Below, in pieces: positions 29,368 to 38,350 of a stretch of DNA of 64,000 bases; the stretch's first letter is position 1; each line of letters starts with the position of its first letter. Made by a program: the position numbers and the translations under genes. The stretch is from Actinomycetes bacterium (GTDB lineage Bacteria; Actinomycetota; Thermoleophilia; BMS3ABIN01): assembly GCA_021791195.1 (NCBI GenBank), contig JAJYXB010000022.1:80245-144244 (forward strand), given 5' to 3'. A model generated the notes under the pieces. It saw nothing but the letters and a program-made list of their open reading frames with translations. It did not search any database and was not told where the DNA came from.

Positions 29368-30018
29368 ATGTTTACCAGTGATTTGTTGCTACAGTTTCTG
29401 ATCACGCTGCCGGCGCTGCTGATATCGATGGTGCTGCACGAGGTGTCGCACGGCTACGTGGCCTACCGCCTGGGTGACCGTACGGCGAGGCAGCGGGGGC
29501 GGCTCTCGCTCAACCCGCTCAAGCACCTGGACAAGCTCGGCTCGCTGATGCTGTGCATCACCTATTTCGGCTCCGGCGGCAGCATGCTGTTCGGCTGGGC
29601 CAAGCCGGTGCCGATCAATCCCGGCAATTTCAAGGATCCCCAGCGGGGGATGATGTGGGTGGGCGCTGCCGGCCCGGCTGCCAATCTGCTGATCGCCATC
29701 GCCAGCGCGCTGGCGCTCAAGATGGCCTATCCCTATCCGGTGGACAGCAACCTGTTCATGGCGCTGTTCCTGGTGTTCCGGCTCAACCTGATCCTGATGG
29801 TGTTCAACCTCATCCCGGTGCCGCCGCTGGACGGCTCGCGCATCGTGGGCGGTTTTCTCAGCCGGCAGGCGTACGTGCGCTGGATCCAGATGGACCAGTA
29901 CGGGATGATGTTCGTCATGCTGCTGATGTTCGTGCTGATCGGCCCCCTGGGTGCGGGTTTCTCCAGCTTCTTCGCCAGCCTCTACCACATCTTCCTGCCT
30001 GCCTCCTACGGATTTTAG
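29368..30018 (+). CDS. site-2 protease (peptidase M50)
   Basis: HEVSH, GWAKPV, AGPAAN, FNLIPVPPLDG. Confidence 0.93.
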   Translation: MFTSDLLLQFLITLPALLISMVLHEVSHGYVAYRLGDRTARQRGRLSLNPLKHLDKLGSLMLCITYFGSGGSMLFGWAKPVPINPGNFKDPQRGMMWVGAAGPAANLLIAIASALALKMAYPYPVDSNLFMALFLVFRLNLILMVFNLIPVPPLDGSRIVGGFLSRQAYVRWIQMDQYGMMFVMLLMFVLIGPLGAGFSSFFASLYHIFLPASYGF

Positions 30019-30328
30019 GGCGGGGACGTTGCTTTCCTAAAGTTCCTATTTTAGAGGGTAGGGCGGGGACGTTGCTTTCCTAAAGTTCCTGTTTTAGAGG
30101 GAAGGAACGCTCTTGGCTGCAGTTTCCTGTTATTGAATGGATCCAGCGTCGGGCGGTTTTCGCACAGAGGAACGTTCTCGGACGTCCACGGCGAATCCGG
30201 CAGATCTCCAGCAGATCACACTGCCGCCCATTAGTTTCCCCTTATATTTAGGAACTTTAGGAAAGCAACGTCCCTGGTTTGGGACGCGGTTTTGGAACTT
30301 TAGGAAAGCAACGTCCCCGGTTTGGGAC
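30016..30328. repeat. compound inverted-repeat element: two direct copies facing two inverted copies, 43-bp period
   Basis: ggggacgttgctttcctaaagttcct at 30022 and 30065; reverse complement at about 30250 and 30294. Confidence 0.85.
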
Positions 30329-30377
30329 AGGCCCCGGAGGGGGAAATCAGTCGTGGTGGCGAGTTCTGGAGCGGATC

Positions 30378-33300
30378 ATGGGCGATTGCATGGAGGGGTT
30401 TCCGGAGGCCGGCGAGCGGCTGTTTCGCATACTGGCATTTGACTGGGACGGCACCGCGGTGCCGGATCGCCATGCCGATGCCCGCCGGGTGGCCGCGGTG
30501 CTTCAGCAGCTGCTGAAGCTGGACGTGCTGGTGGCCGTCATCACCGGCACCAATTTCGAGAACATCGACCGGCAGCTTTGCTCCCTGATCCACGGTACCC
30601 ACAAGCGGCGGCTTTACGTATGCGCCAACCGTGGTTCGGAAGTTTTCGGCTTCGACATCGATGGCAATGTCACGCTGCTTTTCAGGCGGGAAGCGACACC
30701 GGACGAGAACAGGCTGCTGGACCGCATCGCCCAGGCGGTCAAAAGTGACATCGAGAGCCTGTCCAGCGTCGGCATCAACATCATCTACGACCGGCTCAAC
30801 CGCCGCAAGGTCGACCTGATCCCCGAATGGCCAGATCCGCCGAAGTCACGCATCGATGAACTGATGGCCAGAACCGAGGCGCGCCTGAAGCAGGGCGGCT
30901 ACAGCGGCGGCATCCACGGCGCCTACGAGCTGACGCTGCATTACGCCCGGCGCTTCGGCCTGAAAAACGCGCGCGTCACCAGCGACGTCAAGCACATCGA
31001 GGTGGGCCTCACCGACAAATCCGACTCGATCCGCTGGGTCATCAGCCAGCTGTGCTACCGGCGCAATATCCCCTTCCGGAACATGCTGGTGGGAGGGGAT
31101 GAGTTCGGTAATGTGGCCGGTTTCGAGGGCAGCGATTCGCACATGATCGTGCCCGAGCTCGGCGGAGATTCCTATATCGTGTCGGTGGGGAAGGAGCCTG
31201 ACGGCGTGCCGCCGGGGGTAACCCACCTGCCCGGCGGGCCCGACTGTTTCATCAGCCTGCTGGAGCGGCAGGTCGCGCTGCATCGGCTGATGCTGCCCAG
31301 CGAGGATGTGACGGCGCTGCTGGTGGAGAACGGCTTCAATCCGCTCCGGGAACGCGAGGTCGAGTCGCTGCTGGCTGTCGGCAACGGTTATCTCGGCACC
31401 CGTGGCTCGCTCGAGGAGCAGGATCCGGCGTCCAGCGCCGCCACGCTGCTGGCCGGCGTTTATGACCGGACGAGCAGGGAATCGATCGAGGAGCTTGTGG
31501 TCGTTCCTGACTGGCTGTATACGCGTATCTACGTCAATAACATCCAGCTGACCGCCGGGCGCCAGAATCTGCTGGAGCACCGGCGGGTGCTGGACATGTC
31601 CAAGGGCATGCTTTTCCGCGAGTGGCGCCACCGGGACCGGGAGAACCGCGTTACCCGCATCCGTTTCATCCGGTTCGCCTCGCTGGCGGATCCGCATCTG
31701 CTGGTGGAGCGGCTGGTGGTGGTTCCGGAGAATTACAGCGGGAAGCTGCGGGTGGAGACCGGGCTCAGGATCTGCGAGGGTTGCCCGCCCGAGCTGACCG
31801 TGACGGCCGCGGCCGGCGCCGAGCCGCCGGAAGATGAAGCGGCCAGGCGGGCGGCAGGGAGCGCGTCAGCCGGCGCGGAGCCGGAAAGCGGCGTCCGTGT
31901 CAGCGCCACCACGGTCCATACCGGCATCGCCCTGGCCCAGCGGCAGCAGAGCCGCCCCGCGGCCGGCTTCATCAACATGCGCCATTCCACTGCTGCCGGC
32001 GGTTTTGGCGCTATCGAGCGCTGGCGCTGGCGGGCGGCGGCGGGACAGCCGGTCACCATCGACAAATACGTGAGCGTCTTCACTTCGCGCGAGAGTACGG
32101 CGCCGGACCGCGAGGCGGCCGCGGCCACGGAGCGGCTGGCCGGGCTGGGCTTCCGGCCGCTTGCCCTGCAGCAGATCGGCGCCTGGCGCGACCGGCTGGC
32201 AACGGCGGCGGTCACCGTGGACGACAATGACAGCCAGCAATGGCTCAACTTCGCCCTTTATCACCTCATCAGCGCCGGGAATCCCCATGACGAGCGCAGC
32301 TCGATCAGCGCCCGCGCGCTTACCGGCTCCATTTACAAGGGACATATATTCTGGGACGCGGAGATGTTTATCCTGCCATTCTTCATCTTCACGCATCCGC
32401 CGACCGCGCGGGCGATGCTGCTGTACCGTTTCCATACGCTGGCGGCCGCCCGCGAGAATGCGCTGCGAAAGGGATATGCGGGCGCGCTGTTTGCCTGGGA
32501 AGCGACCGGCGGCGGTGAAGACATGACTCCCGCCGCCGTCGTCGATCCCCGGGGCGAGATCGTGCCGGTGCTGTCGGGCAAGCTGGAGCATCACATCAGC
32601 GCCGCGGTCGCCTGGGGCGCCTGGTCTTACTGGAATGCCAGCGGCGATGAAGGGTTCCTGGTGGGCGCCGGCGCCGAGCTGCTGATCGAAACGGCGCGCT
32701 TCTGGGCCAGCCGGGTCACCGAGGTCGATGGCAGTTTCCACATCCTCGGAGTCGAGGGCCCCGATGAATATCACGATGAAGGCGTCGATGACAACTATTA
32801 CACCAACGCCATGGCCCGCTGGAATCTGCGGCGGGCGGCGGAAGTGGTAGAGCGGCTGAAGCGTCTGCATCCGGATGAGTGGCAGCTGCTTGCCGCCAAG
32901 CTCGGCTTCGACATCGGCGAGCCCCAGCGGTGGCTGCGCGTGGCCGGCGGCATGTTCATGGGCGCCGCGGACACCGGCTCCGGCAAGAGCGCCTCGGCGG
33001 CCGGCGCGGGCGCCGCGCCGGTGGAGCAGTTTCGCGGCTACTTCGAGCTGGAGGACATCGACGTCTCCGCCTTCGGGTCCCATGTGGGACCGCTGGACGT
33101 TTTGCTCGGTCATGAACGCACGGTCGCCTCGCAGGTCGTCAAGCAGGCCGATGTGGTGATGGCGCTCTACCTGCTGGAAGAGGAGCTCGGCGCGGGCGCC
33201 ATCGAAGCCAGCTTCGATTACTACGAACCGCGAACGGTGCACGGCAGCTCGCTCTCACCCGCCATTCATGGGCTGGTGGCCGCCCGCCTGGGCCGGCTGG

Positions 33301-33725
33301 AAAACGCATGGAGCTATTTCAGCCGCGCCGCCCGCATCGACCTGGCCCACGGCAACGCCGCCGGCGGCATCCACGTCGCCGCGCTCGGCGGCCTGTGGCA
33401 GCAGGTTGTCATGGGCTTTGCCGGGGTCAGGACCAGCAGGGAGGGGGTCTTCGTCTATCCGCACCTGCCGGAGCGGTGGGGGACGATGGCTTTCACGCTG
33501 GCATGGCGCGGGCTGCAGCTCCGCTTCGCGGCCGAGCGCGGCCGCCGGCTGAGACTTGAGCTTGCCGGCGAGGGCGAGGCGATGGTGGGAATAAAAGGTT
33601 TGGAGCTGCAGGCAATGACTGGAGGCCGGAGTTACACCGCGTTCTGGCAGGGTGGCCGCTGGCAGGCCTTCTCGCCGGCAGAGGGCGCCGTAACGGCCGC
33701 CGGCATCCAGGAGGACAAGGCATGA
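30378..33725 (+). CDS. HAD phosphatase-like domain fused to GH65 glycoside phosphorylase
   Basis: N-terminal FDWDGT, ITG, GGDEF..GSD; GH65 motifs GNGYLGTRG, YKGHIFWD, GPDEYH, KQAD, HGSSLS; start approximate. Confidence 0.88.
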   Translation: MGDCMEGFPEAGERLFRILAFDWDGTAVPDRHADARRVAAVLQQLLKLDVLVAVITGTNFENIDRQLCSLIHGTHKRRLYVCANRGSEVFGFDIDGNVTLLFRREATPDENRLLDRIAQAVKSDIESLSSVGINIIYDRLNRRKVDLIPEWPDPPKSRIDELMARTEARLKQGGYSGGIHGAYELTLHYARRFGLKNARVTSDVKHIEVGLTDKSDSIRWVISQLCYRRNIPFRNMLVGGDEFGNVAGFEGSDSHMIVPELGGDSYIVSVGKEPDGVPPGVTHLPGGPDCFISLLERQVALHRLMLPSEDVTALLVENGFNPLREREVESLLAVGNGYLGTRGSLEEQDPASSAATLLAGVYDRTSRESIEELVVVPDWLYTRIYVNNIQLTAGRQNLLEHRRVLDMSKGMLFREWRHRDRENRVTRIRFIRFASLADPHLLVERLVVVPENYSGKLRVETGLRICEGCPPELTVTAAAGAEPPEDEAARRAAGSASAGAEPESGVRVSATTVHTGIALAQRQQSRPAAGFINMRHSTAAGGFGAIERWRWRAAAGQPVTIDKYVSVFTSRESTAPDREAAAATERLAGLGFRPLALQQIGAWRDRLATAAVTVDDNDSQQWLNFALYHLISAGNPHDERSSISARALTGSIYKGHIFWDAEMFILPFFIFTHPPTARAMLLYRFHTLAAARENALRKGYAGALFAWEATGGGEDMTPAAVVDPRGEIVPVLSGKLEHHISAAVAWGAWSYWNASGDEGFLVGAGAELLIETARFWASRVTEVDGSFHILGVEGPDEYHDEGVDDNYYTNAMARWNLRRAAEVVERLKRLHPDEWQLLAAKLGFDIGEPQRWLRVAGGMFMGAADTGSGKSASAAGAGAAPVEQFRGYFELEDIDVSAFGSHVGPLDVLLGHERTVASQVVKQADVVMALYLLEEELGAGAIEASFDYYEPRTVHGSSLSPAIHGLVAARLGRLENAWSYFSRAARIDLAHGNAAGGIHVAALGGLWQQVVMGFAGVRTSREGVFVYPHLPERWGTMAFTLAWRGLQLRFAAERGRRLRLELAGEGEAMVGIKGLELQAMTGGRSYTAFWQGGRWQAFSPAEGAVTAAGIQEDKA

Positions 33726-34582
33726 ACACCAACCGGAAGAAACCAGCGGGCAACGGGGCGGCCGTGGTCCTGCCGCTGGACGGCTCGCGCACGGCCGTGC
33801 GCGCTTTCGGCGCCGCCCGTGCGGTCACGCGGATGCTGGGCGCCCGCCTGCACGTGATCTACGTCAGCGAGAAGCCGGTGCCGGCGGCGGAGCTGCCGCG
33901 GCTGCTCCATATCGAGGCCGGAGGCGGCCGCATCCGGTTCCATCAGATTTCCGGCGAGACCGTCAGCGCCATCATCCGCTTTGCTGTCGGAGTGGACGCG
34001 AGCATGATCGTCATGTCCAGCCACGGCAGGACGCACAATACGCGGCAGATGGCCGGCGGCGTGGCCATGCGCCTGATCCAGCACACCGACATCCCGGTGA
34101 TGGTGATCCGGCCGCGCAAACAGGTGCCCGGCGCTGACTGGCGCCCGCGCCGCATGCTGGTGCCTCATGACGGCTCGCCTGTCACCGCCGGCGAAGTGGA
34201 GCAGATATTCAACCTGGCTTGTGCGATGGAGGTGGATATCGACGTGCTGCATGTGGGCATGATCGGCGCCCGGCCGCCGGTGGGGGTGGGGGCCATGGAC
34301 GGCCCGCGCTACCTGGACCGGCCGCATTATGACTGGCCCGGCTGGGCGGACGAGTTCCTGCGCCGGTTTGCCGCGCGCCCCGGTGAATCCAAGGTGCGGC
34401 TGATCTACCAACCCGGTGAGATCGTCGATGCGGCGCTCGATTACGCCGCCCAGAACCGCGACGACGTGATCGCGCTGATTTGGCACGGGATGCTGGGAGG
34501 CAAGCGGGCGGCCAGCGTCAAGGGGATCCTGATGAACGCCGAGGTGCCGGTGCTGCTGAAGCGGATCCGCGGCGGGACTTAG
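33722..34582 (+). CDS. tandem universal stress protein
   Basis: Two USP repeats (LPLDGS / VPHDGS; MSSHG; PVMVI / PVLL); ATGA overlap with the GH65 gene. Confidence 0.82.
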   Translation: MNTNRKKPAGNGAAVVLPLDGSRTAVRAFGAARAVTRMLGARLHVIYVSEKPVPAAELPRLLHIEAGGGRIRFHQISGETVSAIIRFAVGVDASMIVMSSHGRTHNTRQMAGGVAMRLIQHTDIPVMVIRPRKQVPGADWRPRRMLVPHDGSPVTAGEVEQIFNLACAMEVDIDVLHVGMIGARPPVGVGAMDGPRYLDRPHYDWPGWADEFLRRFAARPGESKVRLIYQPGEIVDAALDYAAQNRDDVIALIWHGMLGGKRAASVKGILMNAEVPVLLKRIRGGT

Positions 34583-34583
34583 G

Positions 34584-34913
34584 TCAGGAGGCCTTGCGCG
34601 CGCCCATGCGTTCGAATTCGACCAGCATGCGGCTGTAGGGTATCTCCCAGATATTGAGCAGCTTCTCGCCGATCATGAGCATGCCGGGTTCGAGCCGCCC
34701 TTCGGTCACCCGCTGGTAGACCTCCGGATACTCCTTGAGCTCCGGCGAATCGAAATCGACATACCTGAGCTTGGCGGTGCCGCCGAAATCCTCCATCAGC
34801 TGGCGGTTGATCGTTTCGGTGATCTCTTCCAGAGACCAGCTGGGGCCTCAGCCGCCAGAACAGGAGTCCAGATAGCGCGACCCGAAGACCGGGATTATTG
34901 ATTCATAAGTCAC
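34584..34913 (-). CDS. putative selenoprotein, thioredoxin-like (YuzD/DUF1462-like) fold, Sec at codon 22
   Basis: GAGGAGGT SD 7 nt before GTG; MTYESIIPVFGSRYLDSCSGG-UGA(34850-34848)-GPSWSLEEITETINRQLMEDFG..LRYVD; SECIS-like hairpin 34820-34838. Confidence 0.8.
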
Positions 34914-34974
34914 GGAAATTACCTCCTCAGATTCCCTAAGTGCTCATAAGTTTCGGTGAGCGGCCAACGATTCT

Positions 34975-35003
34975 TTAGACATCCGCGTCCGCTAAAAGTT
35001 TCA
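34975..35003 (-). promoter_or_regulatory. candidate ECF sigma promoter
   Basis: TGAAAC-TTTT..(N17)-GTCTAA, about 60 nt upstream of the selenoprotein start. Confidence 0.45.
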
Positions 35004-35027
35004 GAAGCGTTCAGACCCTCCGGGATT

Positions 35028-36053
35028 TTACAACCGCCGGAGCGTTTTCGCCAGCCGCCAGCCGTCGGCGCCTGTCACTTCCAGCGCCTGCTCCTCGCCA
35101 CTCTCTTCGCCGCGGCGGCGCCAGCCGACCATGATCTTCTCCTGCTCGCGCGCCTGCCCGTAGCGGGCGGTGAGCGCGGCCGCTTCGGCAAGCGCGGCGT
35201 CGTCGGCGTCCCCCTTGATGACGGCAGTGGGCCCCATCGCCGACAGCGCGCTCATGAGGACGTCACCGGGCTGCGCCAGGGCCTCCAGCCTCCTGGTCTC
35301 GTCCTCGTTGCGCGGGATGATGATCTTGCGGCCGCTGGATGAGATGAACAGCCGGCCCAGCTTCAGGGACTGGATGTCGGCCAGCGGCGGCTCGGGATCC
35401 TCGTCCAGCAGCAGCCGCAGCCGGGCGGCGAAGTTGCGGTCGCAGAGCAGGCAGCCGCCGGCGGGGCAAGGGTAGTCGTTCACGCCCAGCTCGGCCGCCA
35501 GCTGGATCTGGGGCTTGCGCGAGCGCCCTTCGATCGCCATCATCCGTTCGCGGTCCACCCAGCCTTCGCGCTCGGGCAGGCTGGGTTCGAACAGGTGTGC
35601 CGACAGTGGCCTGACGATCAGATCCTCCAGCCCGGATTCGCGCTCGATGGTGCGCATGGCGTCCGGGCGCTGCGACATCGGCCGTTCGCCCCAGACCTCG
35701 CCGGTGACGACGAAGTCAGCGCCGCTCTGCTGCATGTAGGCGCGCGCCCGCCTGAGCATGCTGATGCGGCAGTCGAGGCAGGGGTTGATGCCGCGGCCGA
35801 ATCCGTGGCGGGCATCCCTGATCGCCGCCAAAATCTCCCGGGTGGCGTTGAGCACCTTCAGCGGGATGCCGTATTCCTCGGCGGCCTTGCGCGCCTCGGA
35901 CTTGCAGCTGCTCTTGGCCGTGCAGGTGCAGAAGGCGGTAACGAAGTTGACCGCCTCCAGCCCGATGCCCTGGTCGAGCATCATCTTCACTGCCAGGCGG
36001 CTGTCCAGCCCGCCGGAGAGCAGGATGATCGCCTTGCGCTTTTTCTTTTCCAT
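35028..36053 (-). CDS. PP-loop ThiI/MnmA-like tRNA thiouridylase-family protein
   Basis: LLSGGLDS PP-loop, FCTC..C, NPCLDCR, TGEVxGxRPMSQ, PAGGCLL; exact function unknown. Confidence 0.8.
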   Translation of the reverse strand: MEKKKRKAIILLSGGLDSRLAVKMMLDQGIGLEAVNFVTAFCTCTAKSSCKSEARKAAEEYGIPLKVLNATREILAAIRDARHGFGRGINPCLDCRISMLRRARAYMQQSGADFVVTGEVWGERPMSQRPDAMRTIERESGLEDLIVRPLSAHLFEPSLPEREGWVDRERMMAIEGRSRKPQIQLAAELGVNDYPCPAGGCLLCDRNFAARLRLLLDEDPEPPLADIQSLKLGRLFISSSGRKIIIPRNEDETRRLEALAQPGDVLMSALSAMGPTAVIKGDADDAALAEAAALTARYGQAREQEKIMVGWRRRGEESGEEQALEVTGADGWRLAKTLRRL

Positions 36054-36082
36054 GGTCATTTTAATATATATCAGATATCTGG

Positions 36083-36595
36083 TTAAAAATCCCTGTTAGC
36101 CGGCAGCTCCCGGTCCGGCCGCCCGCGCCGGGCGAATTCCTCGTCGCTCAGCACCTCGATTCCGGCGCGCTGGAAGAGTGCGGCGGTGACGCCATCCCCC
36201 CGGCGCCGGGCGCCGCTGAAACTGCCGTCATAGATCTCGCCGCGGCCGCATGACGGACTTCTCGCTTTCAGGATGGCCTGGCGGCAGCCGTGCCGCTGCG
36301 CGATTTCCAGCGCCCGTCGCGCTCCTTCCAGAAAGCGCTCCGTGAGATCACGGCCGCTTTTGGAAACCACGCTCGCCTTGCCGTCCAGCACATCGGCGCC
36401 GTCACCGCCCTCGATCTCCGCCGTTTCCCTTGGGGTGCGCATGCCGGAGAGCTGTTCGGGGCAGACGGGGATCGCCCGCCCGTCCTCCACCAGCCTTCTG
36501 ACTGGCTCCGACAGCCGGGCGCGGCCGTCATGACTGCAGGGCATCCCGGCCGTGCAGCCGCTGACGATCATCTTTCCGGAAAGGAGCTGGCTCAT
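36083..36595 (-). CDS. DUF523 family (TudS thiouracil desulfidase-like) protein
   Basis: VSGCxxGxxCxxDG, VCPE, TPRE, LKARSPSCG, GDGVTA. Confidence 0.85.
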   Translation of the reverse strand: MSQLLSGKMIVSGCTAGMPCSHDGRARLSEPVRRLVEDGRAIPVCPEQLSGMRTPRETAEIEGGDGADVLDGKASVVSKSGRDLTERFLEGARRALEIAQRHGCRQAILKARSPSCGRGEIYDGSFSGARRRGDGVTAALFQRAGIEVLSDEEFARRGRPDRELPANRDF

Positions 36596-36979
36596 CTTTG
36601 AAGAAAAGGAGAGGACAATCCTCTGATTGCAAAATAGCAGATAAGAAACTGGTAGTAAAACTCGTAAGAAAGTTGTAAATTTTCTGGCGGGCAGAGCTTG
36701 CGATTGCTATACTTTCTTATTCTTCGGCTGGGCCAAACGTTAGGCCAGGAACCGCTTTCCCGGGTTTCAGCATTTCAGAGGATGTGCCTGCGGCGGAAAA
36801 ATAAATTTTCGCGGGGGGTTTGGCAGGCGCCGGGCCGGGTATTTTATAGCCACTTTTCCGGGCATCCGTGCTGACCGGCAGAGTAAATTTGCCGCAGCGG
36901 GCGCGAGGATAATCAGCCAAACTCCGGCAGGACGGACAAACTGAGCAGAGAAGCAGCCAAACAAGCTGGGTTTCCCAAA

Positions 36980-38350
36980 GTGCACTGGCTCAAATCGCTG
37001 GCGCCGGTCAAGCTTGCGGCGCTGATCGGAGCCGCGGTGATGGCGCTGCTTATCATTGCCGCCGTCATGGCGGTCGTCGTGTTTCCTCCAGGGATATCGA
37101 TCAACCCGGGCGACAAGGCCACCGAGATCAAGCCTGCCGACCAGGGCCTGGATATCGGCACCAGCAGCTGGGGTGCTTCGATTGCCTCGGTCACCGTTAC
37201 GCAGCAGGACGTCGCTCCGGACGGCACGCTGGGCGCCAGCCGCCTCGTCAATGGCCAGCTCAAGGATGGCCATTTCGTCACCAGTGACGGCGCCAATCCG
37301 CTCAAGCCGGACGAACAGTACACCGTCACGGTCGACGGCACCGTCAAGAAGCTTGGCATCACTGGCATCAGCTCCCGGCAGGTCGAGCAGACCTCTACTT
37401 TCAGAACCGTGACGACGCCGATGCCGGTAATCCCCCAGGGCGGCCTCGTGGTCAAGTTCGGCGAGGATCTGAAGCTGCAGTGGAACGTCCCCGTCAGCAG
37501 TTTCAAATATCAGCTGGACGGCATCCAGAGCACATCGACCCTGTCTGGCGACGGGAAGACGGCGACCATCAAGCTGGCGAGCTTCGAGCAGGGCAAGAAG
37601 TACCAGCTCACGGTCACCTCCGCGACCTCGAAAAACGGCGTGGACATGAACCAGCCGATCGCCACGACCGTCAGCACGCCCGCCGGCCTCAGCGTGGCTT
37701 TCGATCCGGCTGACAACTCCAGCCGCGCCAGCACCGATGTCTATCCCACGGTGAACTTCTCCGAAGCGGTTGCGAATCCGGATGCGGCCCAGCAGTTGGT
37801 GAGCGTCGATCCCAAGGTCGGCGGCAGTTTCCACTGGGCGTCGCCGAACAAGCTGCAGTTCGTGCCGGCGAAGGAATGGGACCACCTGCAGGATGTGACC
37901 ATCCGCGTCAGGGGCGGCGTGCAGGGATTCCGGGGCGTCAGCGGCGGATATATCGACAGTGACCAGCAGGCGACTTTCACGACCGCCCCGGCCAAGTCAA
38001 TCGACGTCAACGTCACGACTGAGAGAGTGACGCTGCTGGAAAACGGAAATCCCATTGACTCATTCTTGTGCGCCAGCGGCGCCAACAACACCCCGACCCC
38101 GCTGGGTGACTTCACTATCTATGCCAAGCTGCCCGCCGTCGATATGCGAGGCCCTGGCTATTTTGCCCCGCACGTGCCCTGGGTGATGGTGTTCGACGGC
38201 GACTACACGCTGCACGGCAACTACTGGAACACGACCTTTGGTGTCAGGGGGTCAGGGGGCAGCCATGGCTGCGTGGGAATGCCTCCCGCCACCGCCAAGC
38301 GCGTTTATGACTGGGCGCCGCTCGGCACGCCGGTTCACATTCACGAATAG
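36980..38350 (+). CDS. L,D-transpeptidase with Ig-like domains and N-terminal membrane anchor
   Basis: PTPLGDF, LHG, SHGCVG catalytic motif; beta-rich repeats. Confidence 0.88.
   Translation: MHWLKSLAPVKLAALIGAAVMALLIIAAVMAVVVFPPGISINPGDKATEIKPADQGLDIGTSSWGASIASVTVTQQDVAPDGTLGASRLVNGQLKDGHFVTSDGANPLKPDEQYTVTVDGTVKKLGITGISSRQVEQTSTFRTVTTPMPVIPQGGLVVKFGEDLKLQWNVPVSSFKYQLDGIQSTSTLSGDGKTATIKLASFEQGKKYQLTVTSATSKNGVDMNQPIATTVSTPAGLSVAFDPADNSSRASTDVYPTVNFSEAVANPDAAQQLVSVDPKVGGSFHWASPNKLQFVPAKEWDHLQDVTIRVRGGVQGFRGVSGGYIDSDQQATFTTAPAKSIDVNVTTERVTLLENGNPIDSFLCASGANNTPTPLGDFTIYAKLPAVDMRGPGYFAPHVPWVMVFDGDYTLHGNYWNTTFGVRGSGGSHGCVGMPPATAKRVYDWAPLGTPVHIHE

Noticed and set aside
30016..30328. CRISPR array interpretation of the 43-bp repeats
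   Set aside because: Only two copies per orientation, no unique spacers, inverted arrangement, and no cas genes in the window.
30279..30377. N-terminal extension of the HAD-GH65 ORF
   Set aside because: Translates through the repeat element; a downstream ATG with a GGAG SD is more plausible.
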